Notes: generated from the letters alone by a model not told the origin. A stretch of 64,000 bases of DNA from an uncultured Planctomycetales bacterium (GCA_937927735.1 CALBRZ010000046.1:1809-65808), one strand, 5' to 3'. Counted from the first letter of the stretch, positions 12,643-23,003 are shown. Program-made: numbers and translations.

Positions 12643-13756
12643 TGGAAAATTGTCGAGCGAGTTCGTTCGGGTCCAGGCTTGTCAGGCAAGAGCCAAAACG
12701 ACTGCGGCTGGCGGGGGATTCCGAAGAGGCAGGCCGCCCGGCGGCACGCAGCAGCTTGGCTTATGGGTTTCGTCTGATTTCCGTCGGGGTGCTGAACGCT
12801 AACGTCGCACTGCGGCCGACTTCTGCCCCGACGCCAGCGCGCACTTTGAGCGCGAACCGCCACAGTGGGCGTTTTTCATTTCAATCGCGTGCAGAGCAGA
12901 AACGCTGGGCGGGCGAAGCGGGGTGTGACCGCGGGTTGGGGCGGCCTCCGTGTTTTTTCCGGGGTACTCTGCTGGTCCCGGTACCATCGGCGGCCGCTCA
13001 GTTACCTGTCGGTGAAATGATAGTCACAATCCAAGCTGTGTTTTAGGTGGTAAATCGTCGCACTCGATCGGGGGGGTATACCCCAGACAATAAACACAAC
13101 CCTTTCGTCAAAAAACACTTAAATTGTGTCCAATCCCGCAAGATTTAGCGCCGGGCGCGGCGCTATGGGCCACCAATCCAGGGCGAGCAATCCGCCAAAA
13201 CCGCCACAATCATCCGCCTCCGAGAACATTTCGCCATTCGCCCCAGCCAACCTATTCAACCACCCCCACTTGACGATCTCCAGGCCGTCCGCTGCCCGGC
13301 GCAGCTCCCAATGGCTACGGTTCAGGCGTTCCTGTACCTGGCGTCGAATCGGGCCGCGGCCCCCCGTCATGTGCCGCGCCACCGCAAACGCAACCCCATC
13401 AGGCACATGGCCCTAGCCGCCCCCTATGCGATGGTGGCCACGGCTGGTACCTTGGCGGTTTATTCGGTGTTTGCCTCTAGTCCCCTTGCTGCCAAGATTA
13501 CGTGTTCCGTGGACCTTGGCAGTCACCGAGGACACGTGCCCCAGAACCTCACCATCGGCACGCGGTGTTTTCCTCGCTGGGCACGTACATCGTCTTCCCA
13601 ATGGGGCAACCGCAAACCGGGCCCGGCACGTAACCGGCCAGGCCGGCGAGTGGTCAGCGGGGCCACCCTCCCTGGATTTTGTGGCGAATAGGCCGGCGGC
13701 TTGCTGGCTGTCGATATGTTCCGTCCGACGCACCGTGTCGGCGAAGGATCCTCCGC

Positions 13757-16291
13757 ATGAATCAACGTTTCGCGCTCTTCTTGTTGTTGTCGGGTGCGTT
13801 GTTCCTGGCCAATGTCGCCTATCTGGCCATGAACCAGCAGAACCGGCCCCAAGCCGAACAGGCCGACGCCCAGCGGCCCCGGCAACAGCAAGCCAAGCAG
13901 CCGCCCGCCGAACTGGAAATCGCTCCGTTCTTCGATCCTCGGCAGGAACTCACCGAAGCGCCCGAGCGGTGGCTCACGCTGGGCTCGGCCGATCCCAGCA
14001 CCGGCTACCGCCTGCTGCTGACGTTTACCAGCCGCGGGGCTTCGCTCTATCGGGCGGAATCGAACCTGCCGCGGTACCTCGACCTGGAAGCCCGACAAAA
14101 TGAGAAAGGCTACCTGGGCGAGCTCGCCTTGCGCGTGGCTCCCGGTGGCAATGGCGTCGAAGTCCGCGTGGTCGGCCCCGGCACGGCTGCCCAGCAGGCC
14201 GGCCTGCAAGTGGGCGACGTCATCACCGGCATCACCGGTCCTGATCAGCAATTGGTGCCTATCAAGACGCCGGCCGAGTACAGCCGGGCACTCGCGAAGT
14301 TCGAGGTCAAAGATCAGATCACGCTGCACGTTCAGCGGCCCCAGGAAGGCGGCACGACCGAGCTGACGCTCAAGGCCACCTTGGTGCCGGTGCAGCTCAG
14401 CATCCTCGATCCCGATCAACCGTACGCGGCCTACAATCCGCACTCGATGCTGCTCACCCTGCAGCGGTTCGACGATCAAACCATTCCCGCCGTGGTGGCC
14501 GATCTGTCGCCCATCGGGCTGGAAGCCACCACAAGCGATGAGGCCGGCGTACTGGTCGCCAACGTGATGCCCAATTCGCCGGCTTCCCGGGCGGGCTTGC
14601 GGCCGGGCGATTTAATCACGGCCGTCGATAACACCGAGATCGAAACCGTTACCGACCTGGTGCAGAAGCTGCACGAGACGCCATCGGCGATGCGGGTGCC
14701 GCTCACGTATCGCCGTAACGATCTGGTCACGCTGACTACGCTGGAAATGCCGGCTGAGATCGCGGCTGGCCCCGCCGGCCCCGCGATCGAGCTGCGGGAC
14801 GCCAACTGGACGGTGCACCACGTCACCGAGTCGACCGTGGAGTTTCGCCGCGAGTTGATCGGCCGGGGCGTCACGGCCGTCAAACGCTACACGCTGGGCA
14901 AGGTGGCTGACCGCAACGAGGCCCCAGCCTACACGGTCAACCTGGAGTTTGAGTTCATCAACCAGTCGGATCGGCCGCACACCGTCGCCTATCAACTCGA
15001 TGGCCCCCGCGGGCTGCCGATCGAAGGCTGGTGGTACTCCAACAAGATCGGCCGCCAATGGGGCGCCGTGGGCGTCCGCGACGTGGCGTTCTACGTGCAA
15101 GACAACTCACCGCAGATGGTGAGCGCTTACAGCCTTGCCCAGGGTAACCCTACGCCGATCCAACCGGCCGAACCGCTCTGGTACGTGGGCGTCGATGGGC
15201 ATTACTTCGCCTCGGCGCTGCTGCCCACCTCGCAGTCGGCGCTGCTGCCCGCCACCATGCTTCCGCTGCGGGTAGGCCCCGTCCCGGCCAACTCCAAAGA
15301 GCACAAGCTGGTCAACACGTCGTTTCGGCTGATTGGCAAGCCGGTTGAACTGCCGCCGGGGCAACAACTGGGCGACGAGTGGCGGCCCGGTCCCACGGCG
15401 CAAAGCCTGCGGCTGTTCATCGGCCCCAAGGCTCCGGCCCTGCTGGCGCAAGAAGGCGACAACCTTTCCGAGCTGGTCTACTACGGCTGGTTTGGCTGGG
15501 TTGCCCGACCGATGCTCGCCATCCTGCGGATCTTCTACGGGATCGTGGGCAACTACGGCATCGCGATCATCCTGCTGACGGTGCTGGTGCGGGCGGCCAT
15601 GTTCCCGCTGAGCCGCAAGCAGGCCCTCAGCGCCCAGAAAATGCAGGAGCTGCAGCCGGAGCTGCGCCGCATCAACGAGAAGTACAAGAAGAACTATGAA
15701 GCCCGCACCAAGGCCACGCAGGAACTGTTCCGCAAGCACAACTACAACCCGTTCGGCGGCTGCTTGCTGTTGTTCATTCAGTTGCCGATCTTCGTGGGCT
15801 TATATCGCGGGCTGATGGTGAATGTGGAACTGCGTCAGGCTCCGCTGATTCCGGGCATTTCGTGGTGCTCCAACCTGGCCGCTCCCGACATGCTGTTCCG
15901 CTGGGACGGTTTCATGCCCGCCTTCATTGCGAGCGAAACCGGCTGGCTGGGGCCGTACTTCAACATCCTGCCGATCATCACGATCAGCCTGTTCATCGTG
16001 CATCAGAAGCTGTTCATGCCGCCTCCGGCGGACGAGCAGCAAGCCATGCAGCAGAGCATGATGAAGTACATGATGATCGTCTTCGGCCTGTTGTTCTTCT
16101 GCGTGCCGAGCGGACTGTGCATCTACTTCATCGCGTCCAGCCTGTGGGGCATCGCCGAGCGCAAGCTGTTGCCCAAGACGCAGCATGCCACAGCCGCCAT
16201 GCCGGCCGCCACCGAGCGCGCCGCCAAGGGCGGCAATCCCAATGGCTCGCCTCCGGGCGGCAGCCGCAAGACGCAGCGGGGCGGTAAGTAA
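13757..16291 (+). CDS. yidC: membrane protein insertase YidC with extended periplasmic region containing two PDZ-like domains
   Basis: ATG 13757 gives MNQRFALFLLLSGALFLANVAYL. C-terminal YidC/Oxa1 core (AIILLTVLVRAAMFPLSRKQ, NPFGGCLLLFIQLPIFVGLY). PDZ-like segments lie at about 14108..14383 and 14510..14749. Confidence 0.9.
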   Translation: MNQRFALFLLLSGALFLANVAYLAMNQQNRPQAEQADAQRPRQQQAKQPPAELEIAPFFDPRQELTEAPERWLTLGSADPSTGYRLLLTFTSRGASLYRAESNLPRYLDLEARQNEKGYLGELALRVAPGGNGVEVRVVGPGTAAQQAGLQVGDVITGITGPDQQLVPIKTPAEYSRALAKFEVKDQITLHVQRPQEGGTTELTLKATLVPVQLSILDPDQPYAAYNPHSMLLTLQRFDDQTIPAVVADLSPIGLEATTSDEAGVLVANVMPNSPASRAGLRPGDLITAVDNTEIETVTDLVQKLHETPSAMRVPLTYRRNDLVTLTTLEMPAEIAAGPAGPAIELRDANWTVHHVTESTVEFRRELIGRGVTAVKRYTLGKVADRNEAPAYTVNLEFEFINQSDRPHTVAYQLDGPRGLPIEGWWYSNKIGRQWGAVGVRDVAFYVQDNSPQMVSAYSLAQGNPTPIQPAEPLWYVGVDGHYFASALLPTSQSALLPATMLPLRVGPVPANSKEHKLVNTSFRLIGKPVELPPGQQLGDEWRPGPTAQSLRLFIGPKAPALLAQEGDNLSELVYYGWFGWVARPMLAILRIFYGIVGNYGIAIILLTVLVRAAMFPLSRKQALSAQKMQELQPELRRINEKYKKNYEARTKATQELFRKHNYNPFGGCLLLFIQLPIFVGLYRGLMVNVELRQAPLIPGISWCSNLAAPDMLFRWDGFMPAFIASETGWLGPYFNILPIITISLFIVHQKLFMPPPADEQQAMQQSMMKYMMIVFGLLFFCVPSGLCIYFIASSLWGIAERKLLPKTQHATAAMPAATERAAKGGNPNGSPPGGSRKTQRGGK

Positions 16292-16342
16292 GTTGCCGCG
16301 TTTTGAATGATCCCAGCCTCCTAACCAGATCGAGAAACAAAC

Positions 16343-16774
16343 ATGAAGGTCGCCACCATCGAAACCCAGCGCGGCACCATCCGCCTGCAACTGTTCGACG
16401 ACAAGGCTCCCAAGACCGTCGCCAACTTCGAGAAGCTGGCCAAGCAAGGCTTCTACGATGGCCTGAAGTTCCATCGCGTGATCGCCGACTTCATGATCCA
16501 GGGCGGCTGCCCCAAGGGCACCGGCACCGGCGGCCCCGGCTACACATTCGAGGATGAGTTCCACCCCGACCTCAAGCACGACGGGCCGGGCGTATTGTCG
16601 ATGGCCAACGCGGGCCCCAACACCAACGGTTCGCAGTTCTTCATCACTCACGTGGCCACGCCGTGGCTGGACGGCAAGCACTCGGTGTTTGGCCGCGTGC
16701 TGGAAGGCCAGGACGTAGTCGACGCGATCCGCCAAGGCGACATCATGGAGAAGGTGACCGTCACCGACGAATAG
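16343..16774 (+). CDS. ppiB: cyclophilin-type peptidyl-prolyl cis-trans isomerase
   Basis: 143 aa with the motif [31 protein letters not shown] and no signal peptide. Confidence 0.93.
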   Translation: MKVATIETQRGTIRLQLFDDKAPKTVANFEKLAKQGFYDGLKFHRVIADFMIQGGCPKGTGTGGPGYTFEDEFHPDLKHDGPGVLSMANAGPNTNGSQFFITHVATPWLDGKHSVFGRVLEGQDVVDAIRQGDIMEKVTVTDE

Positions 16775-16933
16775 TCGCCCCGGCGGCCGATTCTGCCCAG
16801 TTTGCCAGGCGTCGCGGCCAGGCATCTTCGATCGATCAATGTATTGCCTAGCGCCGTGGCCGATGTGTTACACTGGTAGCCACGGCGGGGGGCAGCGTCT
16901 GCGCGTGCGCCGTCCAATCCATGTCCTTGGCTA

Positions 16934-19429
16934 TTGGCCCATCTACGGCAGATGCGATCGAAGCGCCCATCTTCTGCGCCCAGGAAACCAGGCCTTGGCC
17001 TTAGCGGCCATCGCCGCCCCGATCCATTTGTGGCCGCTCGCTGGACCGCGTGGCTCATCCTTGTGCTGGCAATCGCCGGGGCAGGGCGGTACACGCTGGT
17101 CGCGCAGCCCCCTGGCAGCCAGGCCCAACCAGCGCCCTTGGGTGCCGCCTCGTCGGATGCCGCGGCAACGCCGGCCAATCCTCAAAACGCTGGTAGCGAT
17201 CCGTTCTCATCGGAGACGACCGGCAAGTTCTACGAGCAGGAACCGTTCGAAGAGTTGCGGTTCACCACCGGCGAAGTGGCCCGCATCGTGCCGCTCAAGC
17301 CCGGTCAGATTCCCGCGAACGTCCGCCGTACGACGCCCATCACCGTGCAACTGCTTGGCGATGAGCAGCAGTACACGGTGGAGTGGGGCAAGATCCAGCG
17401 GCACCTCACCTTCCCCGAACTGATCCTCGAAAAGGCCGAGCAACTGGTCGACGCCGAAAACTACGAACAGGCGTACGACTACTACCAGTACCTGCTCAAG
17501 GCCTACCCGCGCCTGCAAGGATTGGAAGAATCGATCCAGCGTTGGCTCTTCCACGAAGCGACCACCTGGCATCGCCGCAACAATCCGGCCCAGGTGCTCA
17601 CCGTTTTGCGCGAGCTGTACGACCGCAACCCCAAGTACCCCAACCTCGATGCCGGCATGGCCACGGCCACCGATCGGCTGATCACCGCCGAGATCGAGCA
17701 AGGCAATTACGCCGCCGCGCGTGCGCTGCTGGCCAACCTGCAAGCCTGCTTCCCCAAGCACGAGGTCGCCACCAGTTGGCAGCAGCGGCTCACCGACGAG
17801 GCCACCGAGAAGCTGGCCGCCAGCCGCGAACACCTGGCGGCGGGCCGCACCCACGAAGCCCGCGAATTGGCACTGCAATCGGTCACGATCTGGCCGCTGG
17901 ATGAAGCGGTGGATTTTCTGAAAGAAGCGCAGCGTCAGTCGCCGCGGGTAGTTGTCGGCGTGACCTCGCCGGCCACGTCATTCGATCCGGCCTCGCTCGA
18001 CAACTGGTCCGCGCGTCGGGCCGGCGCACTGCTGGATCGCCCGCTACTCACATACCTGGGTCCGGGCGCTCGCGGCGGCCGGTATCATTCGCCACTGGGT
18101 ACGCACGAGAAACTGGGCCTCGGGCGGCAGATTCGCTTCCGGCTCAGCCCCGATCTGCGGTACAGCAACGGCGCAGCCGGCCCCACCGGTTATGACCTGA
18201 GCCGCCGGCTGATCACGCTGGCCGATCCGTACGCGCCCGAGTTCCAGGCCGATTGGGCATCGTTGTTCGAAAGCTGCCAGGTGGAGAACATCTACACGGT
18301 GACGATCACCTTGCGGCACCCGCACGTTCACCCCGACGGCCTGTTTCAGATCGTTCTACCCACGACCGATCCCACGGCCACGCTCGGCCCCTACGCGATC
18401 CACGCGCAAAACGAGCGAGAGATCCGCTACCGCATCACCGGCACGCTGGACGCCAGCGGCTCACAGCCTGCCGAGATCATCGAACGGCATTTCGACGACG
18501 GCCGCGCGGCGGCCCGGGCGTTGCGATTGGGCGAGATTGCGGCCCTGGACCGCGTGAACCCGTGGGACGTGCCCCCTCTGCGGCAGGTCTATCACGTCAA
18601 CGTGGCCGCGTATTCGGTGCCCACGGTGCACGTGCTGGTGCCTAACTTCGAGCGGCCGCTCATGCGGCAGCGGACGTTCCGCCGGGCGTTGCTCCTGGCG
18701 ATCCATCGGCAGGCGATTCTCAACCAGCTCCTGGGCACTGCCGTGATCGAGGGTTGCCGCGTGCTCAGCGGTCCCATTCCCGCGGGCGTCGATGGCGACG
18801 ATCCGGTCGGGTATGCGTACGACCGCACCCTGGAGCCGCGTTCATACGCGCCGCGGCTGGCACTGACGCTATCGGGCCTCTCGCTCGCCCAGGAGAACAT
18901 GCGGCTCAAGAAGCGCGGGGAGCCGCCGCTGGAAGCCGTCCCGCCCCTGGTGATCGTGCACCCGGCGACCGATCCTGCCCGCGTCGCCTGCCGCGCCATC
19001 GCCAAGCGGCTGGAACTGCTCAAGTTCAACGTCACGCTTCGCGAGTTGCCGCCGGGCGAAACGCGTCCCACCGACGACGATTACGATCTGCTGTATGCCG
19101 AGTGGATCATCACGGAGCCGATCACCGACTTGAGGGCCTTGTTCGGCAGTGGCGGGTTGGTGCCGCACAATAACCCGTACCTGGAACCGGCGTTGCTGGA
19201 ACTGGACCGCTCGCAAAACTGGAAACAAGCCCGCGAACGGCTGCACCAGGTTCACCGTCTGCTGCACGAGGACGTGACCGTGCTGCCGCTGTGGCAGATC
19301 GTGGAGCACTACGCCTGGCACCGCGATTTGCAAGGGTTGGCCGAGCATCCGGTCACGCTCTATCAACAGGTCGAACGTTGGCAAAGCCCGCCCGCCATTC
19401 TTTCCACCGAAGCACTCGCCCAGCCGTGA
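16934..19429 (+). CDS. membrane-anchored protein with a TPR-like helical region and an ABC-type family-5 (peptide/nickel) solute-binding-like domain
   Basis: N-terminal TM segment (WLILVLAIAGAG), helical repeat region, then an SBP_bac_5-like body (VVVGVTSPATSFDPASLDNWSARRAGALLDRPLLTY). The exact start is uncertain. Confidence 0.65.
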   Translation: MAHLRQMRSKRPSSAPRKPGLGLSGHRRPDPFVAARWTAWLILVLAIAGAGRYTLVAQPPGSQAQPAPLGAASSDAAATPANPQNAGSDPFSSETTGKFYEQEPFEELRFTTGEVARIVPLKPGQIPANVRRTTPITVQLLGDEQQYTVEWGKIQRHLTFPELILEKAEQLVDAENYEQAYDYYQYLLKAYPRLQGLEESIQRWLFHEATTWHRRNNPAQVLTVLRELYDRNPKYPNLDAGMATATDRLITAEIEQGNYAAARALLANLQACFPKHEVATSWQQRLTDEATEKLAASREHLAAGRTHEARELALQSVTIWPLDEAVDFLKEAQRQSPRVVVGVTSPATSFDPASLDNWSARRAGALLDRPLLTYLGPGARGGRYHSPLGTHEKLGLGRQIRFRLSPDLRYSNGAAGPTGYDLSRRLITLADPYAPEFQADWASLFESCQVENIYTVTITLRHPHVHPDGLFQIVLPTTDPTATLGPYAIHAQNEREIRYRITGTLDASGSQPAEIIERHFDDGRAAARALRLGEIAALDRVNPWDVPPLRQVYHVNVAAYSVPTVHVLVPNFERPLMRQRTFRRALLLAIHRQAILNQLLGTAVIEGCRVLSGPIPAGVDGDDPVGYAYDRTLEPRSYAPRLALTLSGLSLAQENMRLKKRGEPPLEAVPPLVIVHPATDPARVACRAIAKRLELLKFNVTLRELPPGETRPTDDDYDLLYAEWIITEPITDLRALFGSGGLVPHNNPYLEPALLELDRSQNWKQARERLHQVHRLLHEDVTVLPLWQIVEHYAWHRDLQGLAEHPVTLYQQVERWQSPPAILSTEALAQP

Positions 19430-20922
19430 CATCACCCCATCGCTGCCCACGTCTGCTGTCGCGTGTGAAGTCCGCCGCTCTGCTGAGCGGGCAACGCTGG
19501 CTCCGCGCGGCCTCTATAGCCGCGGTCCTGCTGGCAAGCTGTGCCGCGGCGCAAGCCCAGGCGCTGTTGGAACGCTCGCCCTATCGCGTCTGCCTGGTGG
19601 TCACAACCGATAACAGTCCCGGTTTACTTGCGCGCGATGCGGCGGCTTTGGAAGAACGGCTGCTGCAAGAGATCCCATCGCGGCTGGGCGGCGTGTGGCA
19701 AGTCGAGCTGCCGGCCGAGGCCGCTTCGTCAACGGAGGACGATCAACGCCCGGCCGTATCGCTCAAGCAATTGGCTCGACGAGGGCTGCGCAAGCTGGAT
19801 CAGGTGGAACCCGAGCATCTGGCCGCCACGGCGGCGGGGCTGGATAAGATACTGTTTGCACATATCGCCACCACGACGTGGGGCGCGTACGAGATCACTG
19901 CGCGCGAGTTCGATGTCCGCACACATGCGCTCGGCACCCTAGTAAGCCTGGAATGCGCGCAGCTGCCGCTGCTGACCTCCGTGGCATTTCAGGCACTTTG
20001 GCAAGCGTTCTCGCCACTGGCCGAGGTGGAAGACGTATCGGGCAACGAAGCCACGCTGCGCGTTAAAGCGGCCGCCTTGCCGCTGCCCGATCGGCAATTG
20101 CAACTGGTGGAACCCGGCGACATCTTTCGGGCAACGGTGCGGTTCAACTATCGCGACGGCAGTTTGCGCCGGCTGCATCCCATCGAGTGGACCTTTCTGA
20201 TCGCCCGGCAGATCGAAGGCCCGGTGGCGACGTGCGAGATCTTCACCGGCCTGCGCAGCCCCTTGAGTGCCCGACGGCGAGGCCTGGTCGAGCAGTTGGC
20301 CGTGGTGGTCCGCCCCACCTATGGCGAAACGCAATTGAAGCTGGTCGCGGCAGGCGCGCAGAGCGAACCGCTGCCAGGCTACACCGTGCACGCCCAGGTG
20401 CCGGGCGAGCCGGCCACGACGCAACTGGGCGTCACCGACCGGCAAGGCCAGATCGTGGTGCCGCCGGATCAAGCACCGCTGCGCATCCTGCTGATCATGC
20501 ATGGCGGTGAACTGCTCGCCCGGCTGCCGATCGTGCCGGGCCTGGAACCGCAACTGGTCGCCCAGGTGCCCGACGATCGCATCCGCTTCCAGATCGAGGC
20601 GGCCATGGCCGGGATTCAGGAGCAGGTGATCGACGTGTACGTCCGCCGCACCGTGCTGCTGTCGCAATGCGAGGCGCAGCTCGAAGCCGGCAACCTGGAG
20701 CTTGCCCAGCGACTGCTGGAAGAACTGCGCAAGCTCAAAACGGCCGAGGCCTTTCAGGCGGAACTCAACCAGTTGGAGCGCCGCACCTTCGTCAACGATC
20801 CGCGGATGAAACGGCGGATCGACAAGCTGATTGGCGACACGCGGCAAGTGGTGCAGAACCAACTCGGCGACGGCGAAATCGACCGCCTGGCCGCGGAGCT
20901 CCAGAAACGCAAACAGCCGTAG
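19426..20922 (+). CDS. hypothetical secreted protein with a C-terminal coiled-coil-like region
   Basis: GTG 19426 overlaps the upstream TGA as GTGA. A signal-like LRAASIAAVLLASCAAAQA follows. The track start 19291 lies inside the upstream gene. I recognise no family. Confidence 0.6.
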   Translation: MTSPHRCPRLLSRVKSAALLSGQRWLRAASIAAVLLASCAAAQAQALLERSPYRVCLVVTTDNSPGLLARDAAALEERLLQEIPSRLGGVWQVELPAEAASSTEDDQRPAVSLKQLARRGLRKLDQVEPEHLAATAAGLDKILFAHIATTTWGAYEITAREFDVRTHALGTLVSLECAQLPLLTSVAFQALWQAFSPLAEVEDVSGNEATLRVKAAALPLPDRQLQLVEPGDIFRATVRFNYRDGSLRRLHPIEWTFLIARQIEGPVATCEIFTGLRSPLSARRRGLVEQLAVVVRPTYGETQLKLVAAGAQSEPLPGYTVHAQVPGEPATTQLGVTDRQGQIVVPPDQAPLRILLIMHGGELLARLPIVPGLEPQLVAQVPDDRIRFQIEAAMAGIQEQVIDVYVRRTVLLSQCEAQLEAGNLELAQRLLEELRKLKTAEAFQAELNQLERRTFVNDPRMKRRIDKLIGDTRQVVQNQLGDGEIDRLAAELQKRKQP

Positions 20923-21438
20923 CCGTTGTCATCGCTTCGCAGCGACGCTGCGCGGACCTGGCATATCAGCTCTCGATATGCCGTCTCTCATAGGCCGACG
21001 CGCCATCGAGCGTTCTCCTTCCACTTCCGTCGGGTACGCGCGTCTACACGCGCATTGTTGAAGCCATCAACGCAAGCTCCCCCCTCATCGGCCTATGGAT
21101 GCTGTGTTGTTCTCGCCCGCCCGTCGAGTGGCCCGGGAAGCAACGAAAAGAAGAGATTTTGATGGTCGTTTCAAACAACCATTCAGCGTTGGTGCCTATT
21201 CAGGAGGTTCCCATCAACGCGTGTGCATCCCCCCGGCATAACGGACGTCATCGATAGCATCCATTAAATGCCGCACTTATTGTTGGTTGCGCTCAAAATG
21301 TACGCTGCAACGACCCAAAATGCCTACAAATTCAGGCTCCCGTTGGTCGCCTGCGGTCATTGGCGGCGCAACGATCAATACGATGCGCAGAACTGTGGTC
21401 ATGCATCAATATTGATGGGTAAATTAGAAAAAATTCTA

Positions 21439-21466
21439 TTGCAATTTAAATGAATTTTCTTAATCT
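21439..21466 (+). promoter_or_regulatory. sigma-70-like promoter candidate (TTGCAA-N16-TAATCT) in an AT-rich island
   Basis: TTGCAA at 21439..21444 and TAATCT at 21461..21466, inside the most AT-rich stretch of the window. It points toward the DUF1559 gene about 540 nt downstream. Confidence 0.3.
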
Positions 21467-22004
21467 CACTGATGCAGGGGCCCTATTGCGCGTATCCATG
21501 GGGAACCGATCGCTCATTTCTCAGAAGGCTTCTGGCTCACGGGGGCCTGCCTCAGTTCGTCGCCCTTGTGCCCTGCGGCGCTGACCGCCGCAAGTTCGGG
21601 CAGGCCGACCAGCGCAACCGCCGCTACTCGCCATCTCTCGCTGGGACCGTGCGATTTGTCGTCGTGCCTTTGCAAACTGCCAAGGCACCGTGGAGCCGCT
21701 GCACGCCCTCCGGGAAGGTCAAGCGGTTGCCGAACCATTCATCAACTCATGTCGTCCGCTGTCCCCACCTGTCACGTTCCGGGGACGCCCAAGTGCCCGT
21801 TGGCTCGGCGCGTGGTTCAGTCTGCTTCGCCGACGCCTGAATAGCCGGAGTCGTCCGGCCTACTCCAACCTGCAACAACCCGCGATGTCACTGGCGGGCA
21901 GGGATCGCTGCGTACCACGGCGACCTGCTTGATCCGTTATTCGTTCGTGCGCCCGTACCGCCCCCGGTACGGCCTTACTCCGTTTTTCTGAAGGGAGGTT
22001 CTCC

Positions 22005-23003
22005 ATGCGTGGTCGTGCTCAATCAGGCTTCACGCTGGTAGAGCTGCTCGTGGTGATCGCCATCATCGGCATTCTCATCGCCATGCTGCTGCCGGCCATT
22101 CAGGCCGCGCGCGAATCGGCTCGCCGCGCCAACTGCGCCAGTAACTTGCGACAGATTGCGACAGCGATCCAAACGTATGCCGACCGGAACAGCGAGCAGA
22201 TTCCGCCGTTTGGCGTGGTCGGCAACAGCAGCACCGGTGGCGATTGGGCCCATAGCTGGTTCGCATTCTTGATGCCGCTGATGGAAAGCCAGAACACCCT
22301 GTACCAGCTTGATATTCACACGGCTCCTCACGCTGGTACCAATGGGCAGGTCAATGCGAACTACCGCACGGATGTTACGTTGTGTCCGACACGCGGTTAC
22401 CGCACCAATGGCTGGGGCAACTACGATTCCCAGACCATGGACTACGTGTCGGTGAGCATGATCGAATTGCCCAGCGACTATTCGGCGGCCTCGAACCTAC
22501 GTCTGACGGCCTGGCACAGCTCGTACTGCTTCCCCAAGTCCGGCGAACTGGCCGGACCGATCGTGAGCCCTGCCGCGGCCCCGAACAACAACAGTGTCCG
22601 TTCCCGCAAGACGCTGGGCATGGTCACCGACGGCCTCACGTACACGGCATTTGTCGGTGAAAAGCACATCACGCCGGATCGGGCCGGAATACGGTACTAC
22701 GACTATCCCGTTCCCGGCTCGACGCATTACGACTACCGTGGCGGCATGCGCTGCCTGGGCGGTGCCGTGGAGGGCCTGGCCCAGCGTCCCGACACACCGG
22801 CCATGCCGTTCGCCGACACGGAGATCTATCTGACGCATAACCCCGAAGTGGTCGGCGGCTACTACTTCGGCAGTTGGCATCCCGGCATCTGCCAGTTTGT
22901 GTTCGGTGATACCCGCGTGGTCGCTGTCAAAAACCACACCGACAAAGCCACGCTGGTAAGCATGGGTGCAACGGGCGATGGCGAACCGTACAGCCTGCCG
23001 TGA
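22005..23003 (+). CDS. DUF1559 family protein with prepilin-type N-terminal cleavage/methylation domain
   Basis: N-terminus GFTLVELLVVIAIIGILIAMLLPAIQAARESARRANCASNLRQI is the hallmark of planctomycete DUF1559 pseudopilin-like proteins. GGGAGG RBS upstream. Confidence 0.9.
   Translation: MRGRAQSGFTLVELLVVIAIIGILIAMLLPAIQAARESARRANCASNLRQIATAIQTYADRNSEQIPPFGVVGNSSTGGDWAHSWFAFLMPLMESQNTLYQLDIHTAPHAGTNGQVNANYRTDVTLCPTRGYRTNGWGNYDSQTMDYVSVSMIELPSDYSAASNLRLTAWHSSYCFPKSGELAGPIVSPAAAPNNNSVRSRKTLGMVTDGLTYTAFVGEKHITPDRAGIRYYDYPVPGSTHYDYRGGMRCLGGAVEGLAQRPDTPAMPFADTEIYLTHNPEVVGGYYFGSWHPGICQFVFGDTRVVAVKNHTDKATLVSMGATGDGEPYSLP

Noticed and set aside
13119-13406. 95-aa minus-strand ORF in the actA-yidC spacer
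   Set aside because: It has no recognisable motif, no convincing RBS and uneven codon bias (the second half is rich in A/T-ending codons). It is kept only as a remote possibility.
21953-21985. Hairpin plus U-run upstream of the DUF1559 gene, considered as a bona fide terminator feature
   Set aside because: The stem is only 8 bp, and the U-tract starts about 9 nt after the stem, which is atypical for intrinsic terminators. It is reported only as part of the long-leader observation.
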